64,000 bases of DNA. Source: Octopus bimaculoides. Its lineage: Eukaryota. This document shows positions 1 through 12,149 of this stretch, one piece after another (the first letter of the stretch is position 1; each line of letters opens with the position of its first letter). The position numbers and the translations under genes are program-made. Where the stretch lies: contig NC_068988.1 in assembly GCF_001194135.2 (NCBI RefSeq), positions 64,523,282-64,587,281 on the forward strand. The letters are read 5' to 3'. The notes under the pieces were generated by a model that worked only from the letters and a program-made list of their open reading frames with translations, ran no database searches and was not told where the DNA came from.

Positions 1-419
1 CCAAATGGAGTTTTTCTTTGTGTAAGATTTCTTTGAACTTTGGATTTTATTGTCGAACACGCACAGGTTGGTTGAAGACTGAAATTCCAATGTGTTTTGA
101 AATGATGTCGATAAATTGAAGTGATATTCATATAAACATCACAGATTGGTTGAAGACTAAATTGTAATGTGTTTTGGAATGAGGTCGATAAATTTGGTGC
201 ATGCATGACTGCTTGGTTAAGAAACTTGCTTTGCTGTTGAGCTTCTTAATGTGGTTTCGGGTTCCATTCCCACTGTGTGGCCAGCACCTTGGGCAGGTGT
301 CTCTTACTATAGCTTTGGGCAGACCAATGCCTTGTGAGCAAATTTGGTAGACAAGAACTCTGCGAAGCCCTTCATATGTGTGTGTGTGCATATATATATG
401 CTGTAAGGCTTTATTTCCA

Positions 420-790
420 CACACGCCAGCTTAATTTAATTCGTTCTTAGTCGAAACACATCTGTTGTTATGTCCTATTATAATTTTAATTTTTATTATA
501 TTTGTGTAACATTGTTCGTTTTTTTCCGTCCTTGTTTTTGTATACATTCGCTGCTTTCTTCCAAGGAATCTAATGCTCTTAGCTTAGTTTTTTCTTGGGG
601 CTGGCCAGATTGGAGCAATATCGAGAATAACCAGCCGAAATTGCAAGGATAATCTGGATCTCGACTGAAGAAAGAAAACTCCGAATGACCTGTCCATGGT
701 TTCTTTGTATCGTCTATATGGATGTTTTGTTGTCCCTTTCTTGTATCACCTAACTGTCTGGATGTTTTGCATTCTTGTCCCATTTTGTAT
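420..790 (-). mobile_element. Dispersed non-autonomous repeat, copy 1 (possibly a Penelope-like terminal repeat)
   Basis: Highly similar to the reverse complement of 34706-34902 (TGGGACAAGAA.GCAAAACATC.AGACAGTTAGGTGATACAAGAAAGGGACAA). Confidence 0.6.
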
Positions 791-1248
791 TATTTATATA
801 TATATATATATAGTAGAATAATAAGTAAGAAGAAAATTCTTGGCACAGTATTATATATTTGTAAAAATGAGTAAAGATGGATTTTGGCGGGGAATAATTT
901 TTATTTTGATAATGTTTACAGTGAGTTACTCTGATATGACTTTCAAGCTTCAAATAATTGTTTTCAAACACCTATTCACCGTTTTCAAATGCCTATTCAC
1001 AGAGTAATTCACTGTAAACATTATAATTAAATAAGAATTATCCCCCCAAATAGCCATCTCTACTCATTTTTTCAAACATATATATGTATACATACATAAA
1101 TACATACATACATACATACATACATACACAGCTGAGCACATAAGTGCAAAACAAGGTGGGGGAAATAGTACTCAAATACGAAAGGTAGAGTAATATGCTT
1201 CTATTAAAGCTGCAAATTTATCATAAAGCTTTTTAAGCAGAGCTTCAC

Positions 1249-1302
1249 ATTACAATTCTCTGATGAGCAGGAACATGAAACTCTGAGTAAAAGTCTTGTA
1301 AT
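1249..1302 (+). ncRNA. Degenerate type I hammerhead-like motif in a Penelope-like terminal repeat
   Basis: ATTACAA(ttct)-CTGATGA-GCAGGAACAT-GAAAC-TCTGAGTAAAA-GTC-TTGTAAT. Both core boxes are intact, with a GUC triplet and complementary ATTACAA/TTGTAAT arms (4-nt bulge). The motif is enclosed by a perfect 13-bp inverted repeat (1202-1214/1308-1320). Confidence 0.5.
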
Positions 1303-1330
1303 AATTCTGCAGCTTTAATAAAAGTGTGTG

Positions 1331-1397
<67 letters not shown>

Positions 1398-1499
1398 GTA
1401 TATGTGTGTGTGTAGTCAATCCAAATAAACAAATAAAAGCGAACAACATGAGGATGTGCATAAGAAATATATTAGCTTGACGCTCGGTGAAAGGAGAGA

Positions 1500-1534
1500 C
1501 TTTGATGTTTCGAGCATAGCTCTTTGCTCGAAAG
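1500..1534 (-). ncRNA. Decayed minimal hammerhead motif
   Basis: Minus strand reads CTTT-CGAGCAA-A-GAGC-TAT-GCTC-GAAAC-ATC-AAAG. Stems I and II are perfect and GAAAC is intact, but the CUGANGA box is decayed. Confidence 0.45.
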
Positions 1535-1601
1535 GAGAAAGGAAAAAGTTCAAAAAAGGAGAAGAAATCGCCAGTGGCACATGTGCAGTTACATTGCTAT
1601 T

Positions 1602-1636
<35 letters not shown>

Positions 1637-1762
1637 ATACATATATGCATATGTGTATATATATGTGTGTATATATGTATATGTGTATATATGAGTGTGT
1701 GTATGTATATATGTGTATGTATGTGTATATGTATATGTATGTATATATGTGTGTATGTGTAA

Positions 1763-1820
<58 letters not shown>

Positions 1821-1834
1821 NNNNNNNNNNNNNN

Positions 1835-1890
<56 letters not shown>

Positions 1891-2907
1891 ATGTGTGTAT
1901 ATATATGTATGTATATATATATATATATGTATGTATGTATGTGTGTGTGTGTATGTATACACACACACTTATTCTATTAGTCTCTTGCCAAACCACTAAG
2001 TTATAAGGATGAAAACAAGCCAACATCAGTTGTCAAGCAATAGTAGAAGACAAAGGCATTCTCTCTTTCACACACTCAGGCACACACACACACACACATA
2101 TATGTGTATGTGTGCCTTTGTGTCCGATCACTGCTTGACAACTAGTGTTGGCTTGCCTTTGTCTCTCTAACTTAGTAGTTTGGCCAGAGACCACAAGAAT
2201 ACGTACCAGACTTCAAAAGAAAACAAAAAAATATGGGGTCGCTTTGTTCAACTAAACCCTTCAAGGCTGTTCTGCAGCATGGTCACGGGCCAATGGCTTA
2301 AACCAGGAATCAATAAAGGTATTCATGTAAAAATCACAGATCGCATAAAGAGTAAATTCCAGTGTGTTCTTTTGAAACATATTGTCTGTAAAATAAAATT
2401 AAATATGAGGACAGTCAAGGCTGGAATATCTTTCAGCAGGAGTCAACATAAGGACTCATGCAGAAATGGTGTTTATTAACACAAACAACAATTTTCCAAG
2501 AATTATCCCTAGATCTACTGAAAATCTTACATGTGGTGCACTAATGAAAGATGAAGTTTTTCTCTGAGAGGAGTTTTCTTTCTCATCCATATAATACAAT
2601 CTAATAAACCCCAAGTTAAGGCCTAGTAACACTATGAGTCCCTGACAGCTATTTAGAGTCCTTGAAATTTCCCATTTATATTCTTTTCTAATCTAGGCAC
2701 AAGGCCCGAAAATTTTTTTTTTTTTTTTTTTNNNNNNNNNNNNNNNNNNNNNNNNNNNNNNNNNNNNNNNNNNNNNNNNNNNNNNNNNNNNNNNNNNNNN
2801 NNNNNNNNNNNNNNNNNNNNNNNNNNNNNNNNNNNNNNNNNNNNNNNNNNNNNNNNNNNNNNNNNNNNNNNNNNNNNNNNNNNNNNNNNNNNNNNNNNNN
2901 NNNNNNN

Positions 2908-3645
2908 TGGATCGACCCCGCTATGCAACTGGTACTTAATTTATCGACCCCAAAAGGATGTAAGGCAAAATCGACCTCGGTGAAATTTGAACTCAGAACA
3001 TAAAGACAGACGAAATACCATTAAGCATTTTGCCCGGTGTGCTAACGTTTCTGCTACCTTGCCGCCTTATTTCCCATTTATATTATATTAAACACTGCAC
3101 AATGTTTATCAGAATCTATTATTATCATTATTACATCAAAACTAACAGCTTATATTGTGCCCCTATAGTAGAAAGGATTATTATTATTATTATTATTATT
3201 TATTATTATTATTATTATTGAAGGCGGTGAGCTGACAGAACCATTAGCATGCCAAGTGAAATGCTTTGCAGTATTTCATCTGCTACAGCATTCTGTGTTC
3301 AAATTACACCAAGGACAACTTTTGGGGTTGATGAATTAAGTAATAGACTAGCCCCCTTCCCCTGAAAAACTTTACAAGGCCTTGTGCCTAAAGTAGAAAT
3401 AATAATAATAATTATTATTATTATTATTGAAGGTGTCGAGCTGGCAGAATCACTAGCACACCGGCTGAAATGCTTTGCAGTATTTCATCTGTTGCTATGT
3501 TCTGAGTTCAAATCCCACCGAGGTCGACTTCGCTTTTCATCCTTTCAGGGTCAATTAAATAAGTACCAGTTATACACTGGGGTTGATGTAATCTATTTAA
3601 TCCTTTCCCCAAAATTTCAGTCGTTGTGCCTACCGTAGAAAGGAT
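2908..3645. mobile_element. SINE family B cluster (central GCCTTTCATCCTTTCGGGGTCGATAAA.TAAGTACCAG domain)
   Basis: One minus copy (2908-3070) and two plus copies (about 3220-3395 and 3430-3645) separated by (ATT)n. The central domain resembles the MetaSINE domain as I recall it. Confidence 0.8.
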
Positions 3646-4642
3646 TATTATTATTATTATTATTATTGTTATTATTATTATTATTGTTGTTGTTGTTGAT
3701 GTTAGTTATTTTCGGACAATTTAGAAGTAGTATTATTGCAACAGTGGAAAAGAACGTGTTGAGAATATCAAATTAAGGAGTAAAGGGCGGGGACGGAGTG
3801 GCAGATATCTTTGATAACATAAATATGGCAGCGGTGATGGTGGTGTGACAGTGGAGATGATAACAATACGGTGATGATGATGATGATGATGATTAATGTG
3901 GCAGTGGCAGTGGTACTAAGAGATAGTAGCGATGAGATTGTAGCAGTGGCATCAGTGATGGTGGTGATGGAGAAGATAACGAAGATATAGTGATTAATGT
4001 GATGGTGGTGGTGGTGGAAAAGATAGTAATGACCAGGTGGTGGTGGTGATGGAGATGGATGTTATGAAGATGAAGATGATGATGATGACGATGATGATAA
4101 TGGTGGCTTGTGAAAGGTCGATGCAGATGGTGGTGAGCAATGCATGTGAACTGTAAACAGGTCTTCTGCAAGCATTGTTGCACTTGTCTGCTGCAATATA
4201 TGGCTGCATCACTGCAAAAAGTAGTGAAGCATTCTTAATCCTTTTTTCCTTACAATTTGAAGTCATGCAAGGAGATATAAGCAGCAGATTAGAAAATGGA
4301 AAACAAGCACCGCTACCACTACCACCACCACTACCACCACCACCACCACCACTACCACCACCACCACCACCACCACTACCACCTCACCACCACCACTGTT
4401 GCCATCTCTACNNNNNNNNNNNNNNNNNNNNNNNNNNNNNNNNNNNNNNNNNNNNNNNNNNNNNNNNNNNNNNNNNNNNNNNNNNNNNNNNNNNNNNNNN
4501 NNNNNNNNNNNNNNNNNNNNNNNNNNNNNNNNNNNNNNNNNNNNCCACCTCTACTACTACTACTACTACATAAACAACAGCAAAAACAAATTAAGAACCA
4601 CAACAATCGCCACCATAACAACAATATTATTATTATCAACAA

Positions 4643-4673
<31 letters not shown>

Positions 4674-4735
4674 ATCCACACCATCACATACTGAAGAATT
4701 CATTATCACACTCACAATAGAATGCAACTATTAAG

Positions 4736-4775
<40 letters not shown>

Positions 4776-5274
4776 GCATACACAAGCACACTGGCATGCA
4801 GGCATACATGCTCACATACACATACTGGCACATACGTTCTCTTTCAGGCCTGCATACAGGCACATACACAGAGGAAAGAACACATACATACATGCATGTA
4901 TGCACATGTATACATGAACACACGTACAAACACATAAACACGCATGCATACACACACACACACACATGCATGCACACACATATGTACAGATGAAGAGCTA
5001 CATCAGTTGCATTATGTTTAATATTGTGAATCAGTTGGAATGGCAGAAACTGAATTCTTCATGAGAACAAACACACAATGGTTAATAGAAAGTAGACCAG
5101 CATTTGTCTGATGCCATAACCTTATTTCCACAGTTACATAACCTTCCTTCCACACCTTACTTTCCATTCCATTCTCCATATTTTATTTCACTGCTGAGAA
5201 TCTCAGGTTCTTGTATTTCCTATATTTCAAGAACAACTGCTTGTTTCCATTGCCTTGGCTAGGTGTGTATACAT

Positions 5275-6010
5275 ACATACTATTGAGAAATGTGCAGTTA
5301 CTCTATCCAGATTACAAGTTCAGGTTTATATCTGTAATTATTGGGGTACTGGGATATGTAACACGCTACCTAAATACCAATCTTGAGAAATTAGGCTTCT
5401 CAAAACCAGAAAGGAGGAAGCTGATTCGAAGATTACAGATCAAAGCCATCACTGGAACTGTAAAAATCTGTAAAACTTTCCAGAAGTTTGTCATTTAAGT
5501 ATATATGAGCATGTCTAGATATGTAGCTATATGCATGAGAATACATACATAAGAAAAAACATACAAGTCTGCATGTATGTATATATACAAAAATACCTTT
5601 TTTATGTAGTTGANNNNNNNNNNCAAGTTCAGGTTTATATCTGTAATTATTGGGGTACTGGGATATGTAACACGCTACCTAAATACCAATCTTGAGAAAT
5701 TAGGCTTCTCAAAACCAGAAAGGAGGAAGCTGATTCGAAGATTACAGATCAAAGCCATCACTGGAACTGTAAAAATCTGTAAAACTTTCCAGAAGTTTGT
5801 CATTTAAGTATATATGAGCATGTCTAGATATGTAGCTATATGCATGAGAATACATACATAAGAAAAAACATACAAGTCTGCATGTATGTATATATACAAA
5901 AATACCTTTTTTATGTAGTTGAAATTCCAATGAAGGAGCCTTGGATCTAAGTTAGAAAACCAGTTCTTCCTCAATTGACAAGAAATCTTGAAATAAAACT
6001 GAATAATGAT
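5275..6010 (+). mobile_element. 3' fragment of an RLE-type non-LTR retrotransposon (R4/Dong-like), partly duplicated across a gap
   Basis: LLRNVQLLYPDYKFRFISVIIGVLGYVTRYLNTNLEKLGFSKPERRKLIRRLQIKAITGTVKICKTFQKF* resembles the C-terminus of restriction-like endonuclease LINEs (IPIVIGALG...GT.KI pattern). It is followed by a 3' UTR with AATAAA near 5992 and then (TACA)n. Segments 5315-5613 and 5624-5922 are identical. Clade assignment is from recalled motifs. Confidence 0.72.
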
Positions 6011-6529
6011 ATACATACATGTATGCATCATTAATTTAACGTCCACTTTTCTGTGCTGGCATGGGTTGGATGATGTTCATTGAAACAAGTTTTCTACAGT
6101 TGAGTGCCCTACCTGTTGCCTACATTGACCTGTTTTGAAACAAAATAATATTTTCCTGTTGCCACACATGTTTTTGTGCAGAACATTGGAAATGAATGAC
6201 ATTCATTGACAACAAACATATGATGTCAAGACGAGGAGGCCCAAGCATACACACATTCATTCTTATACATACACCCCTACATACACACATGCATATATTT
6301 ATATATATATGCATGTGTGTACAAAAGGCTTCTTCCAGCTTTCATCTACCAAATACAAGTTTTTGGTTAGCATAGGGCTATAGTATGTGTGTGTGTCTTT
6401 CATGTGTGTGTGCTTGTGTGTCATTGTTCTTAGCAGCAATATGGCTTTCCCCTAGATCCATATTCAATGTTTCCAGATCGTCACAGTCTCATTTTCAAGA
6501 ATTATAATAGATTTTACCTCATCATTGCT

Positions 6530-6578
<49 letters not shown>

Positions 6579-7398
6579 NNNNNNNNNNNNNNNNNNNNNN
6601 NNNNNNNNNNNNNNNNNNNNNNNNNNNNNNNNNNNNNNNNNNNNNNNNNNNNNNNNNNNNNNNNNNNNNNNNNNNNNNNNNNNNNNNNNNNNNNNNNNNN
6701 NNNNNNNNNNNNNNNNNNNNNNNNNNNNNNNNNNNNNNNNNNNNNNNNNNNNNNNNNNNNNNNNNNNNNNNNNNNNNNNNNNNNNNNNNNNNNNNNNNNN
6801 NNNNNNNNNNNNNNNNNNNNNNNNNNNNNNNNNNNNNNNNNNNNNNNNNNNNNNNNNNNNNNNNNNNNNNNNNNNNNNNNNNNNNNNNNNNNNNNNNNNN
6901 NNNNNNNNNNNNNNNNNNNNNNNNNNNNNNNNNNNNNNNNNNNNNNNNNNNNNNNNNNNNNNNNNNNNNNNNNNNNNNNNNNNNNNNNNNNNNNNNNNNN
7001 NNNNNNNNNNNNNNNNNNNNNNNNNNNNNNNNNNNNNNNNNNNNNNNNNNNNNNNNNNNNNNNNNNNNNNNNNNNNNNNNNNNNNNNNNNNNNNNNNNNN
7101 NNNNNNNNNNNNNNNNNNNNNNNNNNNNNNNNNNNNNNNNNNNNNNNNNNNNNNNNNNNNNNNNNNNNNNNNNNNNNNNNNNNNNNNNNNNNNNNNNNNN
7201 NNNNNNNTGAACGAATTCTTTTGTTGTTTTGCTTTCTCCATGTACTCTGTGAGCTACCGAACTGTAATCTCACAAACTGAAATTGGAAACATAATACAAA
7301 TCCTGCCTTCAATTTCACTTTGGGTTTACAGAAATAAACATGCAGTTTTAAATTCTACTTACTTGTTTTTCACTACAGATAATTTAAATTGCTCAATA

Positions 7399-7636
7399 TC
7401 TACTATATATTTGTGAAAACCGCGGACGTTATCTCACAAGCAATTATGCAGGCAAAAGTGTTAGAAAATGTGGTCGGATTGACCTGAAAATTTGCACACC
7501 TATGTTAAAAGTGCTGGGGAGTTTGCATGGCAACTTTGTGTTTGCTCAATTGAAAAGCGTAGCCTCTAGGGCAAAATTCCTCATCTTTAAAATATGGCCC
7601 CGAGTAGACCCGAATGAAATTGGGTTATAATACTAG
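7399..7636 (+). mobile_element. Complete non-autonomous Helitron (238 bp)
   Basis: Inserted between A and T: A|TCTACTATATAT...ATAATACTAG|T. Subterminal hairpin ACCCG-AATGAAAT-TGGGT at 7608-7625 lies 7 nt before the terminal CTAG (7633-7636). No TSD. Confidence 0.75.
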
Positions 7637-8304
7637 TATATACATATGATATATTACTGTCTATAGTCTCCTAGAAAAAAAGTAAGTTAATAAAACAGCA
7701 TCGCACTTTGAATAAACATATTTTACTATGTCTTTAGATTGGCCTTTGTTTTGTGAGTGGAATGTGGTGGATGGAAACTGTGTGGAAGCCTTCTATGAGC
7801 ATGTGTTTGTTTGCCCTGATTTATGACCTGGACTTATGTCTCATTCCATAACTTAACAGTTTGACAAATAGAGATCAATGAAATAAATACATGTCATCAT
7901 CATCATCATTATTTAATGTCTGTTTTCCATGCCGGCATGGGTTGGACAGTTTGACAGGAGCTGGCCAAGGAGGAGGGCTACTCCAGGCTCTAGTCATCTG
8001 TTTTGGCATTGTTTCTACAGCTGGATGCCCCTTCTATATCCAACCACATTACAGAGTGTACTGGGTGTTTTTTACGCAGTGCCAGCATGTTGGAAAATAA
8101 TTTCTGGGGTTGATATGATCAAATGGAACCCTTCAGGGGAGTGCCCCAGCATGGTCATAGACAAACACCTAAAAATGAACAGATGAAAGAAAACAGATAT
8201 TTCAGTTCATTATATTTTCCTTCACTTTTCTCTCCATAATTTTTCTCTTTTAAATTATATTTTCTTATCGTTAGTTTTATCTGTGTCTTCTATTCTCTTT
8301 CTCT

Positions 8305-8356
<52 letters not shown>

Positions 8357-8471
8357 NNNNNNNNNNTATATATATATATCATCTTTTGAAGCATTATTCA
8401 CCTGCTGACTATGCACTTTATCTTGGCTGCTATGTGTGTATGGTAGGGTATATTTAGACACAACACTCATC

Positions 8472-8511
<40 letters not shown>

Positions 8512-8692
8512 AATGCACACACTCTTAAGCACATACAACAAACAGGTGTTCACTAATTTTTAATTAAGATACACTCTTTTTTTATAAACATTTATACGTC
8601 TGCATGTATGTGTGTGTAAACACACACAGAAAGAGGCATATAAATACACACAGGTGTTACTTATTTTTAATCAATCTCTCTCTCTATCCATC

Positions 8693-8724
<32 letters not shown>

Positions 8725-9699
8725 TGTATGTATGTTTGTGTGTCTTTTTATATCTAATAAAAAAAAAAATTTACAATCAATTTTTTATGAAATTCACATA
8801 AAAATACAGTTAATCATTGTGTGATTTCCACAATCTATTTTCATGGTAGAATGGTGAACTTAAAACCCAATAATTGAGGAATACCAGTCTCTTTCACCTG
8901 TACCATTTTGCAGAGAACTTTGGCACTATTCTCCCAAGATTTATGATTGAAGAATTCTATATTTTATCCGTTTTAAAATAGTTTTTTTTAAGCAAATTGC
9001 ACTGCTTGTATGCTCTGATGACTTTTTTTTAAATAATCAAAAATTTCAAGGTTTTAGTATAATGACTCCTATATTTCATTGTGTTTTTTGTTGGGTTTTC
9101 TTTGTTGTTTTATTTTTTTAGCCCTAGGTTGGATCTGATCATGCAGTGATATTATGTTCGGAGGCTTTCCAGCATGGCCATCTTGTATCATATTTTCCAT
9201 TTTCAGATATTCATTCTTCCCTTGAGCCCTCGTCTCCTGAAGGAGTTGTAAGCATATGGCATGTGTTCGACATTTCAAACCATGTGCAATCAATCTCTCT
9301 GTAGGTGTGGCTATTGTGTGAGTTCTTCCAGAGATAATGAGAGAAAGAGACGATTTGTTGACCCCCTCCCCAAGGCAAAAATGACTTTGGTAAGATTTGA
9401 ACACAGGGAGCAGTGAATTAGAAGATATTGCTGTAAAGTTTTCTATCCAACTCTATAAGAACTCTGCTAATCTGCTGTCTTATCTGGAACAATAGTATTT
9501 AAGATGTTCTTCCTGTTTTTAAGATGATAGGATGTGAATTAGTTTTGGCTGCTGTTTCTTGCAACCATATAGAGTCTTCTTGTCTCATTCATTGGCACAT
9601 GTCTTAGACCTAGAATCTGGCCATCCAGAAATGTATCTTGTGCCACAACAAATTGGTGCTAGTTTCTTGACAGAATAGCATGATGAAGTTAAACAATGT

Positions 9700-10095
9700 T
9701 GACAACTAGGTTCAGTCCCACCACGTGGCACCTTGGGCAAGTGTCTTCTACCAAAGCCTCAGGCCAACCAAAGCCTTGTGAGTGGATTTGGTAGTCAAAA
9801 ACTGAAAGAAGCCCATTGTGTATGTATATATATGTATAAAATATGTATGTATGTATAGGTATATATTTATGTGTGTGTCCTTGTGTCTGTGTTTGTCTCC
9901 TCACCATCACTTGACAACCAATGTTGGTGTGTTTGCATCCCCATAACAGATCAGTAAAAAAGACTGATAGAGTAAGTACCAGCCTTACAAAGAAAATATC
10001 TTGGGCTTGATTTATTCGACTAAAAACCCCGTGAAGGTGGTGCTCCAGCATGGCTGCAGTCAAATGACTGAAACGAGTAAACGAATATAAGAATG
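9700..10095 (+). mobile_element. SINE family A, 5'-truncated
   Basis: GGTTCAGTCCCACCACGTGGCACCTTGGGCAAG through AATGACTGAAACGAGTAAAC. Confidence 0.8.
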
Positions 10096-10994
10096 AAAGA
10101 ATTAACTGTTCCGATATTTGTACCTTTTATGTTCTTTCCCGCCAAAACTTAGTGTTTTCTTGGTAGATTTATTCCACTTCAAGGCTATATCTTTGTACCA
10201 TCCATTTGATCCTGGAACCCTATAAATGGATTTCATAGATGGAAAATGAAAGAAGCCCTTCATAGATATGTGTGTGTGTGTTTTCACTTCCACATGTTGG
10301 CCTCACATGGTAGTTGCAAATGAAGGTTATTTGTTATACAAGCTGTGTCATTCGTTTCCAGTCTTCCATGCAAACGTATCCAGTCATAGAGAAATATTAC
10401 ATTGCTCAAAAGTAGGGGAGGGTTGGCAACAGAAAGGGAACCATGTTGTAGAAAGTTCGGCCTTAACAAATTCCATCATCAGATCAATGCAAGTATAGAA
10501 AAGCAGACACTAAAAAAACAGCCATAATAATATTGGCACATAACTTCATTAAATAATAAGGAAAGTTTTCATCTGAATAAGCTCCATGCAATTTAGTACC
10601 AAAAGTCCCAATGGCTGCAGCAACAGTCATCATCATCGTCCCATATTCAGATGGTTCTATAAAAAAGGGGTTAAATATATAAATTTATTTCAGTATAGTG
10701 ATACGTATCAAAACCTTTTTTTTTTTTGGTTTTATTTCGGGTTTTTGTTTTGTTTTGTTTTTGTTTATTCCAAAGAGAATTTAGTTCCCATTGTCAGACT
10801 TGCACCAATATGTAAATTAGTTTACTCTTGGGTCCATGAAAAGTATTCTCTGTTGCAGCAAGCTGCTGTTAGTCTCTCAGCAGACTAACAGAATAAAGTT
10901 AAACAACATTGATGATTAACTATTCCCGCGTTTGTGTTACGTACTTTTACCCTGAAACTTACAGTATTCTCTTTAGATTTATTCTACATCAAGG

Positions 10995-11370
10995 CTATCT
11001 AGCAAGCTAGCTAGCTAATCTACATACCTACCTATCTATCTATCTACCTATCTGTCTATCTACCAACCTATCCCCCTACCTATCTATCTATCCATCTACT
11101 TATCTACTTATCTGTCTGTCTACCTATCTATTTATCTATCTATCTACTTACCTACCAATCCACCTACCTAGGTATCTACCAACCAAGCTAGCTAGCTATC
11201 TACCTTCTAGCTACTTATTTACCTTTCTATCTATCTACCTTTCTACTTATTTATCTGTCTACCTATTTACCTGTCTATCTATCTACCTAGCAAGCTACTA
11301 CCTAGCTACCTAGCTATCTACCTTTGTACTTATTTATCTGCCTACCTATTTACCTATCTGTCTATCTATC
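10995..11370. repeat. Compound tetranucleotide repeat (TATC/TACC/TAGC)n
   Basis: Direct reading of the sequence. Confidence 0.9.
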
Positions 11371-11419
11371 AAAGTACCAGTTACCTCATTTCCATGGCAT
11401 AAAAGTGATTAAGACCATA

Positions 11420-11900
11420 GCATTTGCTTCCATCCACACACACCCAATTTAATCATAGTTTCAAAAGATGGACAGTCCGATTCTGCCGTTTGTCTCTTCT
11501 GAAATTTTCAGGGTTCCCTTGGAATTGCTCTGGAGCATCTCTTTAAGTCATTTTTTTTTACCCCACCATCTTCCCCTCTCCGGACCGATTTTGGTCAATT
11601 TTGTGGACACTGTGCACTTAAAAACTTTCCAGTCCATCACAGGGTAACTCTTTTACAGCCAAGAGGCCTGAACGAGCCAAGGTCATCATTTGTGTGATGT
11701 TGTTCCAAGGCTTCAAACATGTTGCTAAGGGTTAGTTGGAATTGTGTTACCCTTTGCCAACATAATTACAACTTCTTTGACTTCTTTGGCCATTTGGTTA
11801 GTCTACCCCATTCCAGTCATGTGTCAATGGTGACAGAATGGACAGAAAGACAGTGGACAAAATCAAACAGCCAACCAAAGACAAGATGACAAGATTATCT
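11420..11900 (-). mobile_element. Highly degraded LINE-like (possibly RTE) fragment
   Basis: Non-repetitive, moderately GC-rich segment with only weak resemblance (RGRWW..NDLKRC) to RTE C-termini. Confidence 0.3.
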
Positions 11901-12149
11901 TGCTCACTGCCTGGGGCTTATATGGTCACAACTAGCTAGAGACAGACAGTAGTGAAAAAAGTCCCAGGAGGGGATCTCCCCATTCAGGAGTGACAAAGGT
12001 CCTGGGTATGAGGACTGAAGCAATGTAAAATGTATTTTGCCTAAGGATACAACACAACACCCCACCCAGGTCAGGAATTGAAACCTCAATCTTGCAATCA
12101 TGAGTGCAACAGTGTTTTACCATTAGGCCACATGCTTTCTCCTGTTACT

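Noticed and set aside
655-700. CTGAAGA-AAGAAAACTC-CGAA as a hammerhead
   Set aside because: GAAA is incomplete in both copies and no stem I pairs around a cleavage triplet.
496-783. ORF MGQECKTSRQLGDTRKG... conserved with 34718-34903
   Set aside because: Similarity is explained by nucleotide identity of two repeat copies, and the peptide has no recognisable domain.
9069-9404. 111-aa minus ORF in non-repetitive sequence
   Set aside because: No recognisable motif or splice signals; the length is within chance expectation.
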